DNA from: a virus
Strand: one strand, 5' to 3'
Length of the DNA: 64,000 nt
IMG/VR virus record: IMGVR_UViG_3300011102_000062
Part shown: piece after piece, positions 1-10,178 of the stretch
Position numbering within the stretch: the stretch's first letter is position 1
How the letters are laid out: each line of letters begins with the position of its first letter
Position numbers and translations under genes: made by a program
The notes under the pieces: model-generated
Told to the model about the DNA's origin: nothing
The model's database searches: none
The model's input: the letters and a program-made list of their open reading frames with translations, nothing else

Positions 1-75
1 AGGTGTACCCTACCGCGCATGACGCGATGGGGGAGTGTTACTTCCATTTATCACATCACAACTGAGGACTGAAAC

Positions 76-663
76 ATGAACGACAACACCAAAAAGCCGA
101 CTGCGTCCGAGCTGGCCGAGGCGGCGCTGGCGAACGTTTACGTCAAGCCCGCAAAGGTCATTGCCAAGGGCTGCGCCGCGCTGGCGAAGGCCGCTGGCAC
201 GACTTGGGACGGTTTCAAGGAGGCCGTCATCATTGGGCTGGACGCCGGGCACAATGACGACACGGCGTTCCGTGGCCTGTCGCTGGCCTGCAAGTCGCAG
301 GACGTGCCCAAGGGCACGTGGAACCGGTATAGCCCGATTGCCCGGAAAGTCTACAAGGCCATTCAGGCTGGCGAGATGAGCCGAGACGACCTGTCCGGCC
401 TGTCTGTGGCGGACGCGGAAGCCCGCTTCCCGCGCAAGGCTAACAAGCGTACCGCGAACAAGGCGGAGCCCGTGAAGGCCGCGCCGCAGACGGAGACCGA
501 GGCCATGCCTGCCGGATCGGCAGACATGATCGAAGGGGACAGCGAACGCTCGCGCCTGCTGGCGGAGGTTAACAGCATCCTCGTTTCCATGACGGAGGAT
601 GACCTGACGGCCGTGTTGGACATGCTGAGGGAATTCACCGCGCCGCAGCAGCTGGCGGCGTGA
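76..663 (+). CDS. early hypothetical protein
   Basis: 195-aa ORF, GAGGA RBS, followed by terminator. Confidence 0.75.
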   Translation: MNDNTKKPTASELAEAALANVYVKPAKVIAKGCAALAKAAGTTWDGFKEAVIIGLDAGHNDDTAFRGLSLACKSQDVPKGTWNRYSPIARKVYKAIQAGEMSRDDLSGLSVADAEARFPRKANKRTANKAEPVKAAPQTETEAMPAGSADMIEGDSERSRLLAEVNSILVSMTEDDLTAVLDMLREFTAPQQLAA

Positions 664-673
664 CCAAGCCGAG

Positions 674-704
674 AAAGCCGGCCTCTTCGGAGGCCGGCTT
701 TTTT
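674..704 (+). terminator. intrinsic terminator
   Basis: AAGCCGGCCTC-TTCG-GAGGCCGGC then T-run. Confidence 0.85.
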
Positions 705-843
705 ATTGCCCACTATCCGGCCGCCTTCATTGGCGGCTTTTCTGTTCATGTTTCGTTCAGGTAGGGTATGAGATAATAGTCACGCTGGTAGGAGTGTGCC
801 CTGAGCTCTGGCAAAATATACTCTTATACTGGAGATATAGGAA

Positions 844-1122
844 ATGGCCTACACATACGGCATCCGTCCTTCGTCATTGGACGCCGACCAATTGGAAGCA
901 TTGGAAGCCTATGACAAGGCGCGCAATGCGGCCATCATGCACAAGGTGCGAAAGGCGGAGAAATGGAAGCTGTCGCAAGCCTCCACGGCAAGGCGACTGC
1001 TACTCAACGGAACCTGCGTGGTATTCAAGGAACCATCGCGCGGAGCGCAGCAGGTACTCAATCACTTGGCAGCACATGCCAAGCCCATCAAGCGGAAAGT
1101 TTACAAGGAAACCCGGAAATGA
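844..1122 (+). CDS. early hypothetical protein
   Basis: 92-aa ORF with AGGA RBS. Confidence 0.65.
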   Translation: MAYTYGIRPSSLDADQLEALEAYDKARNAAIMHKVRKAEKWKLSQASTARRLLLNGTCVVFKEPSRGAQQVLNHLAAHAKPIKRKVYKETRK

Positions 1123-1250
1123 AGCGTGCATATTTCCAGACCGAAAGCATCGCCCATGCCTTCTGCAAGGCGTGCGAGTCAGTAGGCCGCAGGGCGATGG
1201 TCGGCAGCTACACCAGTGGCGGCTGGTGCGTCCTCTGGCTGGCAGTATAA
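1119..1250 (+). CDS. small hypothetical protein (MKRAYFQTES...)
   Basis: ATGA overlap with upstream stop; 3' part of track ORF 963..1250. Confidence 0.5.
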   Translation: MKRAYFQTESIAHAFCKACESVGRRAMVGSYTSGGWCVLWLAV

Positions 1251-1648
1251 CAGTTATACTTGCCATGCCGTGCCCATCCTGCAATCACCCGCTTTCCGCA
1301 TATGATGCGATGGCCCGCCAATGCTGGCAATGTGCCTCCATCATCTACGGAAACATCCCCATACCGGAGGGAAAGGAACATGAAGGCAAAGCTCCAAACT
1401 CGGAACCTGAATCTCCGTAGGCGGTGGGCAAACTGGCGTAGGCCCTACCGCTGCCATCCGATGCAATACCGCTACCTGTTCACGGCAACGGAGGGAGAAA
1501 CCAACATCCTGAAAGTGCTGGAACATCCCTACTTCTAGGACAGGCAGGCGCAGGAAAAGCTCCAGACAATGCCAATGCTGGCAGCGACGGAGTTTTCCCG
1601 CATCGTGGTGTTGAAGAACACCGACCAAACCTTCACGGCAGAAATCTC

Positions 1649-1939
1649 ATGAACAAAGATCAAGTATTGGCGGCGATGGACGACGCGGCGGCAGCCGGTC
1701 CAAGCATCCACTGCACCAACCAACGCACGGGTGAGATACATTCGCACGAACTGCGCGAAGCCCGCGCCGCCGTCGCCGAGGTCTACGCGCAGCGGGATGC
1801 GTTGGTCGATGCGGCGAAGCAAATGCGCCGTGTCTTGACATGGCATGTCGAATATCGCGGCGGCCCGAACCGCATCGATGCCGCCGCACTGAAAGCCATC
1901 GACGCCGCCCTCACCCGCGTGCAGGAGGGTGTGGTATGA
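1649..1939 (+). CDS. hypothetical protein
   Basis: 96-aa GC-rich ORF. Confidence 0.6.
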   Translation: MNKDQVLAAMDDAAAAGPSIHCTNQRTGEIHSHELREARAAVAEVYAQRDALVDAAKQMRRVLTWHVEYRGGPNRIDAAALKAIDAALTRVQEGVV

Positions 1940-2127
1940 TTGAAATGACTACACTCATTCCCGCCTTCATCCTAGCCATGCTAGGCAACCCAAACCCTGC
2001 CGAAGTGCAGACTACCATCGAACCCGCTCACAATGTCATCTGCTGGTCGTCGATGGAAAGAACCGTGTGTTTCGGATACAATGACGAGGGAACACACCTG
2101 AGCATTCCGCTCAACAATCAACAGTGA
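1936..2127 (+). CDS. small hypothetical protein with hydrophobic N-terminus
   Basis: GGAGG RBS, ATGA overlap; MIEMTTLIPAFILAML. Confidence 0.5.
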   Translation: MIEMTTLIPAFILAMLGNPNPAEVQTTIEPAHNVICWSSMERTVCFGYNDEGTHLSIPLNNQQ

Positions 2128-2199
2128 GAGCCTAGCCCGTAACGGCTTAAGGACAGGCCGTTACAAGCTGCGCTTTTGCAGCAACAGGAGAAAATCGTC

Positions 2200-2424
2200 A
2201 TGTCGAAGAAGGCTGGCGGCAGCAGCCGCAAGATCGGGCAGAACAAGAAGAAGCCGACCAATGTCGCCTACAAGGCGCAGGGCCGGAAGGACAGGAACAA
2301 GCGCTTGCGTGCCGCGCGGCACGAGAAGCGCATGAGTGACCAGCACATCCGCGTGCTGAATCGCCTGCGGGCCGGCAAGCCGTGCAGCATGGCGAAGCTG
2401 GAGAACTATTCCCTCGCTGTCTGA
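2200..2424 (+). CDS. small basic hypothetical protein
   Basis: AGGAG RBS before MSKKAGG; Lys/Arg-rich. Confidence 0.6.
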   Translation: MSKKAGGSSRKIGQNKKKPTNVAYKAQGRKDRNKRLRAARHEKRMSDQHIRVLNRLRAGKPCSMAKLENYSLAV

Positions 2425-2443
2425 TTTCCAGTAATGCAGCTTC

Positions 2444-2469
2444 AAGCCGCTTGGAAACAGGCGGCTTTT
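2444..2469 (+). terminator. probable intrinsic terminator
   Basis: AAGCCGC...GCGGCTTTT hairpin. Confidence 0.6.
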
Positions 2470-2839
2470 GGGTGCATTCCGCGCCAACCCTGACGGGTAT
2501 AACAGTTATACATGGAGAAACGTCATGTCCTTGCAAGGTCGGCTCACCAGCGACTACTCTCCCCTTCGCCCGCATTTCGTGGACAAGCGTGGTCATGATC
2601 CGCGCCCCGCGAAGGAGCGCCGTGATTACGAGGCAGCGGTGAATGCACGAAGGGAAATGCTGGAGCTGTTCGCTACGATGGAACAGCCGAAGCATACCAA
2701 CAAGCAATACAGGATGCTGAAGAACCTCGCCACTGACGGTAATCAAGTGGCAATCCTCAAGAAGGACTTGTAACCCATGTAAGCTCGTATCACTCTTCAT
2801 ATAACGTTATACAAAAGTGTACTTACTAGGAGAAGGATA

Positions 2840-3001
2840 ATGCTTAAGAGAACCGCAGTCCCGTTCTACGGGAAGAAGAACCAACGTCTGGAAGAAGCCG
2901 CCCGTCAAGCCGCGAAGGATGGCGACCTCAAGACAGCGGATGCGCTGTTCAAGGCATCTGCCGACAACATCAAGACCAAGAAGGCTAAGGCCAAAGGTTG
3001 A
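2840..3001 (+). CDS. small hypothetical protein (MLKRTAVPFYGKK...)
   Basis: AGGAG/AAGGA RBS; below ORF-track cutoff. Confidence 0.55.
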   Translation: MLKRTAVPFYGKKNQRLEEAARQAAKDGDLKTADALFKASADNIKTKKAKAKG

Positions 3002-3094
3002 TGCCTATCTTCCTGACCGTAGTCGGCCTGTACCTGCTGATTGGGTGCTTCATTTTGATAGCCGGCTTTTTCCGTTCCAGAAAGAGGAAAGGTC

Positions 3095-3436
3095 ATGAGT
3101 CATAAACACAAGGTGTTCGTGTATGGCACATTGCGTTATCTGGCTAATCCAGCTACCCATTTCTTGTATGGGTTCAATATGTTCGATACAGGCAAGTTTC
3201 CTTTCATCAAACCGGGGCATGGTATTGTATACGGTAATGTGATTGAAGTATCGGATAACGATCTTAAGGAGCTGGACCTTTATGAAAGTGTTGCTTCGGG
3301 ATTGTACACCCGAGAAACTGTACGTGCTCAGGAAGTAGCCAGTGGAAACGAGGTAGAATGCTTCGTGTACGTTGCCGGGCCGTGTCTCTTGCCCAAACGT
3401 ATTATTCCATCCGGTGACTGGGCGGATGTAGTATAA
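3095..3436 (+). CDS. gamma-glutamylcyclotransferase (AIG2-like)
   Basis: VFVYGTLR and LDLYE motifs. Confidence 0.85.
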   Translation: MSHKHKVFVYGTLRYLANPATHFLYGFNMFDTGKFPFIKPGHGIVYGNVIEVSDNDLKELDLYESVASGLYTRETVRAQEVASGNEVECFVYVAGPCLLPKRIIPSGDWADVV

Positions 3437-3471
3437 CCTTATACCACCACTAGTCCTTGAAGGAGGACACA

Positions 3472-4368
3472 ATGTTTGTCAGTGCCAAAGAATTTCAGCG
3501 CTATATCAACAGCGACGACGACAACGCCAGCTACTACAGGATAATGGCTATTGCTCTCTCCACTCCGAACTACCTGACGTACGGTGGGTGCTCCCTCAAG
3601 TACCACAGGAGGAACCACAAGGTCAGTCTCAATGCAGCACGTAAGGCATTGGCACGGATTAAGAACAGTGTGGTGACGCGCGAGCCCACAATCAGAATCC
3701 CGCAAGGTGGAAGCTATTCCGTCGTCAAGTGGTTACGTCCTTGGGATGCTGTGCCCCACCTGAAAAGGTTTGAAGTTCCTGAGGGTGACTACGGTATCGG
3801 AGTGGAGGTGGAGTACGGTTTCCAAACGCTGGATTCAGCGCGCCTTATCGCTCGCACGATCAAAAACTGGAAGTACGTTGCATTGGATTTTGAAGGCGGA
3901 ATGAACGGCATCGAAACGACCTTCGCTCCTGTCCTGTATTCCAAGCTGAATAAGAACAGCCAGTGCTTCCGCTACCTCAAGCTGTTGCAACAGAACCATA
4001 ACTTGCTGTACAACCACGATACCAGACAGATGGTCGGTACTCATGTTAATGTGAGCACTCACGACAACGCCTTCTACGGCATTAGTCAAATGAACGGCAT
4101 CCTCAGGGATCAACTTACCTTTGACGAGAAGTTCAAGTATTTCGGACGCGAACCGTATTCCTACCTGCACGGGCAGGGTAGATTCATCGAATTCAAGCTG
4201 TTTAATTCTGTGGCCGAGCCCGATCGCCTGCGCCAATATATTGACGAAGCAGTAGAGCTGACCAAACTTCTGGAGTGCGCGAATAGCGGACCTATGTTTT
4301 CTGTAGACAACGTTCGTGCCGCACTGGAGCGCGGCTACAACAAGTCTCTGCGGAACAACTCGCTATAA
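3472..4368 (+). CDS. amidoligase-family (COOH-NH2 ligase) enzyme
   Basis: GIGVEVE, GTHVNVS, IEFKLF motifs; AGGAGG RBS. Confidence 0.75.
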   Translation: MFVSAKEFQRYINSDDDNASYYRIMAIALSTPNYLTYGGCSLKYHRRNHKVSLNAARKALARIKNSVVTREPTIRIPQGGSYSVVKWLRPWDAVPHLKRFEVPEGDYGIGVEVEYGFQTLDSARLIARTIKNWKYVALDFEGGMNGIETTFAPVLYSKLNKNSQCFRYLKLLQQNHNLLYNHDTRQMVGTHVNVSTHDNAFYGISQMNGILRDQLTFDEKFKYFGREPYSYLHGQGRFIEFKLFNSVAEPDRLRQYIDEAVELTKLLECANSGPMFSVDNVRAALERGYNKSLRNNSL

Positions 4369-4401
4369 TCCACAACTATAACCTTATAAAAGGAGCAACA
4401 C

Positions 4402-4671
4402 ATGAACACCAGCAACAACCCCCGCAAGCCTCAGTTCCGCAAGCCCCTGCCTATTCGATTCGACAAGCTGGAAGTGGGCTCGCATTTCCGCATCTTCGCG
4501 GAGCCCACTCGGGACATTGCCAAATCCACGGACACCACTGTATATCAGAAGATGGCAGAGTCGTGGAGCGAAGATACTTCCAGCGAAGGTAAGCCGGGCG
4601 AGCGGCGTGCCATCATCTTGTACCCGGAAGATCGGGTCATTCCTCTCACCCGTCCGTCGAGGAAGAAGTAA
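4402..4671 (+). CDS. hypothetical protein
   Basis: AAGGAG RBS, 89 aa. Confidence 0.65.
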   Translation: MNTSNNPRKPQFRKPLPIRFDKLEVGSHFRIFAEPTRDIAKSTDTTVYQKMAESWSEDTSSEGKPGERRAIILYPEDRVIPLTRPSRKK

Positions 4672-5231
4672 TGTGCATTGCGATCTTCAAGCCAGCCAAC
4701 AAGGTTATTCCGGAAGAGTATCTTCGGAGTAGTTGGACTGCTAATCCGGATGGGGCGGGATTCTGTTACGTCAAGGACGGCAAAATCGTGGTAGACAAGG
4801 ATCACATGACTGTCAAGGACTTCCTGTCTGCCTATGACAAGGCGTACAAGAGGAACAAGAACAGTCCGTTCCTGATTCATTTCCGTATCCGCTCAATGGG
4901 GGACAAGGGCAAGGGGCATACGCACCCTTACCTGTTCGATCACGGCGCGTTGATTCACAATGGTACGATTCACGGGTCCGGAGCAGTGTACGGATCAGGT
5001 CCGTCTGATACGGAATTGTTCGCACTCAAGCTCGGCAAGTGGATGGTGTATGAGTACGTGGAAAAGTATAAGAAGGAAATTGAAGATGCCCTAGACTGGA
5101 ACAAAGTCGTGCTACTGTATCCAGACAAGCGTCACATCATCTTGAATGAATCGAAAGGTACATGGGATGATGGAGTGTGGTATTCCACAAGTGCTTACAA
5201 GTCCGGAAGGGGGGTGTCATGTCCAACGTGA
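4671..5231 (+). CDS. class II (Ntn) glutamine amidotransferase
   Basis: N-terminal MC, NPDGAG, HFR, HP, HNG, SDT motifs. Confidence 0.85.
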   Translation: MCIAIFKPANKVIPEEYLRSSWTANPDGAGFCYVKDGKIVVDKDHMTVKDFLSAYDKAYKRNKNSPFLIHFRIRSMGDKGKGHTHPYLFDHGALIHNGTIHGSGAVYGSGPSDTELFALKLGKWMVYEYVEKYKKEIEDALDWNKVVLLYPDKRHIILNESKGTWDDGVWYSTSAYKSGRGVSCPT

Positions 5232-6088
5232 TCCTGAGACGGCGTAAACTAGGGAAAGGCAGCACCAAGGGGATCATGCAATTCAGCACCAAGGGAATCA
5301 CGATCATTCGTAACTGGAAGGATAGGTTCCCGGAGGGTACGAACTTGGTGTTCCGATGGGGCTGCACGTCCAACGTTCCGCAAGGAAGTGTTGTAATTAA
5401 CACTTCCGCCAGCATCCACTGGTGCAGCGACAAGCGTCAGGGTAGGCTGGACATGCAGGCAGCCGGTGTGCCTGTGCCAAAGACGTGGAGTGATTACAAT
5501 GATGTACTTGACGTAGATAGTTATATCGGTAATGTAGTAGTCCGACCGGCACGACATGCACAAGGGCGCAATTTGTTTGTATTCGACATGGAAAACTTGG
5601 CAGGAACGGACGCCATGCTTGCTAAGTGTGAACAGCTTGGGTATGGTGAGTATTATATCAGCCAGCTGGTAAACAAAGTGTCCGAGTACCGTGTGTTTGT
5701 GTGCCAGAACCGTGTGGTCTGGGTTGCCAAGAAAACTCCGGGCAATCCCGATCAGGTGGCATGGAACGTGGCACAAGGTGGGCGCTTCGATAACGTGCGG
5801 TGGAGTGACTGGCCACTGTCTGTTGTCAAGGCAGCACTTGCTGCTGCGAAAGTGGCAGCTCCTATTGGACTTGACTTCTGTGGTGTAGATGTTATGATGG
5901 ATGCAGAGGGAAAGCCATACGTTCTGGAAGTAAATAGCGCGCCGTCGCAGACAAGTCCGTATAGGCAAAGTTGTGTCGCAAAGGCATTCGACTACATCAT
6001 CGAGAATGGCAAGCAACACTTCGACGATGTTCCGGATAGTCCTCGTCGGACGTATAAGAGTTATATCCATCCAGCAATCAGGGCTTAA
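5219..6088 (+). CDS. ATP-grasp ligase (RimK-like, phiEco32 type)
   Basis: RWG, EYRV, DFCGVD, VLEVNSAP motifs. Confidence 0.85.
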   Translation: MSNVILRRRKLGKGSTKGIMQFSTKGITIIRNWKDRFPEGTNLVFRWGCTSNVPQGSVVINTSASIHWCSDKRQGRLDMQAAGVPVPKTWSDYNDVLDVDSYIGNVVVRPARHAQGRNLFVFDMENLAGTDAMLAKCEQLGYGEYYISQLVNKVSEYRVFVCQNRVVWVAKKTPGNPDQVAWNVAQGGRFDNVRWSDWPLSVVKAALAAAKVAAPIGLDFCGVDVMMDAEGKPYVLEVNSAPSQTSPYRQSCVAKAFDYIIENGKQHFDDVPDSPRRTYKSYIHPAIRA

Positions 6089-6090
6089 AC

Positions 6091-6435
6091 ATGAACACAT
6101 ACTTCTGTGTGTTTCGTCTGCTCGACTCAGGGAGGTCGTTGACCTGTACATACTCTGCTGAGAATGGCACAGCTGCTCTCACCAAGATGATGGACCTTGC
6201 AAACGTCAAGAGCACAACGGAACTGGAAGAAGCCCAAATCCTTCAGGTCATTGAGAAGATTGTAAATGGTAACAAGACCATCATTTACAAACCATTCTTT
6301 GAAAAGATCAAAGGGGAGAAGGCCAAGGTATGCCTGCTTCATGGCGAGACTCTGGCCCTACCGAAACCCAAGCAAGAACCAGAGCCGGAACCTCCGGCTG
6401 TCTACACAGCCCCGTATACAGTAGAGGTACTGTGA
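6091..6435 (+). CDS. hypothetical protein
   Basis: 114-aa ORF in operon. Confidence 0.6.
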   Translation: MNTYFCVFRLLDSGRSLTCTYSAENGTAALTKMMDLANVKSTTELEEAQILQVIEKIVNGNKTIIYKPFFEKIKGEKAKVCLLHGETLALPKPKQEPEPEPPAVYTAPYTVEVL

Positions 6436-6436
6436 C

Positions 6437-7081
6437 ATGAACATCGTAGACGATGTGGGAATGAATTATTTCTTGGACCGATTCAATGGCTGCATCTTTC
6501 TCGGAGAGAATGGAAATCCCCATATCCTCGAACATATTAGAGGTCAGCGAATCGCGCAAGATGCCAACATCAGGTGCCTTGAAGTCATCGGAGAAGGATT
6601 CAAAGCCTCCGTTCAGAGAACGGAAGTCAGCAGGGAATTCTTTTCGAGCTTGAGCTTCCTCAAGCTACCCCCTATCGGATATCGAATGTCCGAAGACGGG
6701 CGATACTTGTGCTACTTCCAGCGCAAGAACACTAGCTACACCCGTGGAATCACGACGGGTAATTGTGTTCGTAGCTATGCGGACCACACTAAATACATGT
6801 TCGATATGGGAAAGCTTAACAGGATCAAGGCGGAGGAAAAGCAGGTGCTTGCCTCCATCCTTGCCAAGCCTAGGTTCCACACCCTAACCGAAGGTGTGGA
6901 GCATTTGAACAACGGCGACCTGTTGTGCTTCGTCAACAGTCCAGACATTGCTGTAGTACCGGAGAACGAAGAGTTGTATAACGTTATGTTCAAGCAAGTT
7001 CATGTGGGCAATATCAACCCTGACGGTGAGTTGTCCATGCTTCCTTCCTTCAGCGACGTAGAACTGGAGTTTGTCGTATGA
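6437..7081 (+). CDS. hypothetical protein of amidoligase cluster
   Basis: 214-aa ORF, tightly packed. Confidence 0.65.
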   Translation: MNIVDDVGMNYFLDRFNGCIFLGENGNPHILEHIRGQRIAQDANIRCLEVIGEGFKASVQRTEVSREFFSSLSFLKLPPIGYRMSEDGRYLCYFQRKNTSYTRGITTGNCVRSYADHTKYMFDMGKLNRIKAEEKQVLASILAKPRFHTLTEGVEHLNNGDLLCFVNSPDIAVVPENEELYNVMFKQVHVGNINPDGELSMLPSFSDVELEFVV

Positions 7082-8472
7082 CCAGCATCGCAAGCTTGTA
7101 TGGTATGAGTGAAATTGCGGACTCGCCAGAGAACGGCAGAACCATCGACTGGATTCTGCCCAAGCAGAACATCGGAATCGAAATCGAGGTCGAGCACTGC
7201 TCAGGAAAGACACAATTCTCTGATCGTATGTTCTATTGGGACCAGAAAGGAGACGGAAGTCTGCGCAACGGAAGGGAATACGTTCTTCGGCACCCGCTCA
7301 ATGGTAACCAGCTGTCCGCTGCTATCTCGGAGTTCTTCGACCTGAACAGGACCGTGCGCTCCACCACCAGCGGCACGCATATTCATTTGGATATGCGGGA
7401 AAAGACCACCGATCTGGGCGTGGTGCAGGCGATGGCGGCCATCATGTGCTGCATCGAACCTGCTGTGTTTGGCATGTTTGCCGAAGGCAGGGAATGGTCT
7501 GGGTACACTAATCCTCTCAACTCTCTTCCAGATCATGCCATTGGTGCCGCCTTGAATGACGATCCAGACGCAGAGAACATGTTTAGGAACGTGTTCAATT
7601 CTAGCACTAGAGAGTACAAGTATTACGGCCTTAATTTCCTGCCTCTAGGCAGGTTCGGCAGCGTGGAGTTCCGATACTTTCCTACTGCCACCAACCTAGA
7701 TGAGTTGGTGGAGTGGATTCAGTTCTGTCAGGCGGTGAAGTCAGCCGGCGTTAACATCGGCAGCCTTGCTGCATTCAAGCAGTATGTGCAAGGCCCGGCC
7801 CAGTGGCAAGAATTTTTGAACAGGTTCTTCCCGATGTGGTATGATCGAATGGAACCATTTCTGCCTTACAACGACGTACATCGCAGGTATAAGACAGCCA
7901 AAGCGCAAAGCCGTACTTCCATTCCGTCTAAGATCAATAAGAAGTTGGTGCTTGAAACTAGTACCAACTTGAACAAGACCAAGAAATTCAAGAAGTTCTT
8001 CGCTGTCAAGGTCAAGAACAAGGAAGGTAAGTACAAGCTGGCGTATAGCAAGGAAGATGTGAGGGCTATACGTCCAATGACTATTTACACATACGGAGTT
8101 GATTCTATTGATACAGTGGGTGAAAATGATTTATTCTTGGATTCGGGTGCCTTGCACCAGTCCCTCGGAAATGGAAATTTCAGAGCATTGTTTTATTACA
8201 CTAGGTATGCCTTTGAACCAAACCGTGTCCTGCCAAGGGATCAGGTAGATCAATTTGAAGCATCCATCGCACAATGGGAAAGCAATGCTGCTTTGCTCGA
8301 ACCAGTGCTTTCGCCAGAGGTGCGACAGTATATGTTGCAGAGAATGCAACAGTACCTTCGCTACATTAAAGACCACTATAGCCGATACGATGGCGTCCTA
8401 GCCTCGACCCAACCTGAACAAGTCTCATCTGAGCCTGATCCAGAAGATTTTGATGATGAGGAGAATGAATAA
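7078..8472 (+). CDS. amidoligase-family enzyme
   Basis: IGIEIEVE, DGSLRNG, GTHIH, KYYGLN, GSVEFR motifs. Confidence 0.85.
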   Translation: MTSIASLYGMSEIADSPENGRTIDWILPKQNIGIEIEVEHCSGKTQFSDRMFYWDQKGDGSLRNGREYVLRHPLNGNQLSAAISEFFDLNRTVRSTTSGTHIHLDMREKTTDLGVVQAMAAIMCCIEPAVFGMFAEGREWSGYTNPLNSLPDHAIGAALNDDPDAENMFRNVFNSSTREYKYYGLNFLPLGRFGSVEFRYFPTATNLDELVEWIQFCQAVKSAGVNIGSLAAFKQYVQGPAQWQEFLNRFFPMWYDRMEPFLPYNDVHRRYKTAKAQSRTSIPSKINKKLVLETSTNLNKTKKFKKFFAVKVKNKEGKYKLAYSKEDVRAIRPMTIYTYGVDSIDTVGENDLFLDSGALHQSLGNGNFRALFYYTRYAFEPNRVLPRDQVDQFEASIAQWESNAALLEPVLSPEVRQYMLQRMQQYLRYIKDHYSRYDGVLASTQPEQVSSEPDPEDFDDEENE

Positions 8473-9671
8473 TGTGCGGCATTCATGGATTCATTAACGG
8501 AGAGAAGAAGGTAGAACTCAACTCGGATGACTTCGTGAAGCAAGGCTTCATTGTCAACATGGTTAGAGGCGTGGACTCTTCAGGCATTGGCCTTGTGGAT
8601 GCCAATGGGTACAACAACTACCATAAACTCCCAGTGCCGGGGATGTACTTCCCTACCGATAAAATGGCTAGCAGTCTCATCTCCGCCGTTCGTAATAAAT
8701 CCACTGCGGCTATGTGCCACGTCCGGGCAGCCACGGTAGGGGGCGTGTCATACCAGAATGCTCACCCATTCGTGCTGGAGGATGAGAACGGAAAGACCAT
8801 TGTCGGGATGCACAATGGTACTCTGACGGGCTGGGCAGGGAAGGAACATGCCAAGGATTTCAAGGTGGATTCCGAATGGGCGATGTATCACATCCTTCTG
8901 AATGGAACCAAGGCGTTTGAAGATTTCACTGGAGCGTTTGCTATGGTGTGGTGGATTGACGAGACTCCGGGTGTGATCTATATGGCCCGTAATAAGGAAC
9001 GTCCTATCCATGTAGCATGGACCGAGGATGGAAACATGGTGTATGCCAGCGAAGCCGGCATGTTGCATTGGCTGTGTGAGCGCAACAATATCAAGCTGGT
9101 GGGTAGCATCAAGTCCTTGGAAGAAGGCAAGCTGTACGAGTTTGATATTAGCGATCCTACCAAGTTCACCAAATCTGACTTGCCGGTTGCCAAGGTAACT
9201 AGCTACCCCGCCTATCGTTCGGGCTATTACAATGATTGGTATGGCGGCAGCCGCAGCAGTCGCTATTATCCTACTGTTATGGAAAAGCTGAATATCGTAT
9301 TTGATAAGATCAAGAAGGAGATGGAAGCTTCTGGGGTTCAGGTTGAAGTTAACAAAGATCAGGATAATGGACGGACTAGCAACGACAGTCAGGTTACTAG
9401 GGAAGAGATGGAAGATGCGCTGTCCATGTCCATTCTTGGTGCTGTTGGTAGTTTTCGCCCGTATGGTTGTGATGATCGTACAGGCCAGCTGTATGGGGCA
9501 TTCGAGTGTGAAGAGTACACAGGAGAGCTGAACGCTGTGATGCGTAATGCTGAGGACGTGGACTGGAGCAACGTATCGGATTTCACTGTGTCCATCCAAG
9601 GTATCAAGGACAATGGAAATGAATTCCTAGCAATTGTGTCACGTCCTATCAAGACGGCAGTAGAAGTATAA
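8472..9671 (+). CDS. class II glutamine amidotransferase (GlmS-like N-domain)
   Basis: MCGI, RGVDSSG, HVRAAT, NAHPF, HNGT, VDSE, RNKERP. Confidence 0.85.
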   Translation: MCGIHGFINGEKKVELNSDDFVKQGFIVNMVRGVDSSGIGLVDANGYNNYHKLPVPGMYFPTDKMASSLISAVRNKSTAAMCHVRAATVGGVSYQNAHPFVLEDENGKTIVGMHNGTLTGWAGKEHAKDFKVDSEWAMYHILLNGTKAFEDFTGAFAMVWWIDETPGVIYMARNKERPIHVAWTEDGNMVYASEAGMLHWLCERNNIKLVGSIKSLEEGKLYEFDISDPTKFTKSDLPVAKVTSYPAYRSGYYNDWYGGSRSSRYYPTVMEKLNIVFDKIKKEMEASGVQVEVNKDQDNGRTSNDSQVTREEMEDALSMSILGAVGSFRPYGCDDRTGQLYGAFECEEYTGELNAVMRNAEDVDWSNVSDFTVSIQGIKDNGNEFLAIVSRPIKTAVEV

Positions 9672-9696
9672 CATTATATCTTAGGGGAAACATGTG

Positions 9697-9906
9697 ATGA
9701 ATGAAGAATCCGAAATCGGAGCTGTGCATGAGCTGCCGAAGAAGTGGCGCAAGCGCGCAGAGGACTTCCACACCAAGAGTGCAGACGAGACGCAGACGCT
9801 TTATAACCGGAGCTGGGCGCAGGGCATGGCGGAGGCGAACGACACCCTGCAGTTCCGCAGCGCGCGCGAGCATGACGACGAGCGACACATCTGCCCGCAG
9901 CCGTGA
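9697..9906 (+). CDS. hypothetical protein
   Basis: GC-rich ORF; VHELPKKWR motif resembles 10179 ORF. Confidence 0.5.
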   Translation: MNEESEIGAVHELPKKWRKRAEDFHTKSADETQTLYNRSWAQGMAEANDTLQFRSAREHDDERHICPQP

Positions 9907-10178
9907 CGCGAAGCGGCATCGGCTGCAACGCGTGGTTAGACCGCAACCCAACTATGGAGAAAGTCATGTTCATGAAGCGAGACAGCGGCGGCAACCTGAT
10001 TATCGCGGCGCACCATCCGAAGTGGTCGCTTACCTGGTCGTGGGTTCTTTCGTGGAGCATCCACAGGGGCGGCAAGTTCTTTTTCACCAGCCGCACCTAC
10101 AAGTACCGGCCCGGACTGTATGGCCAAATCAGGATTGGCCGGTTGCACTTCGAACGCCAGCCGACTAGGAGATGAGCG

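Noticed and set aside
5249..9599. Long antisense ORFs (5249..6151, 8748..9599)
   Set aside because: Shadows of strongly supported + strand genes; no RBS or motifs.
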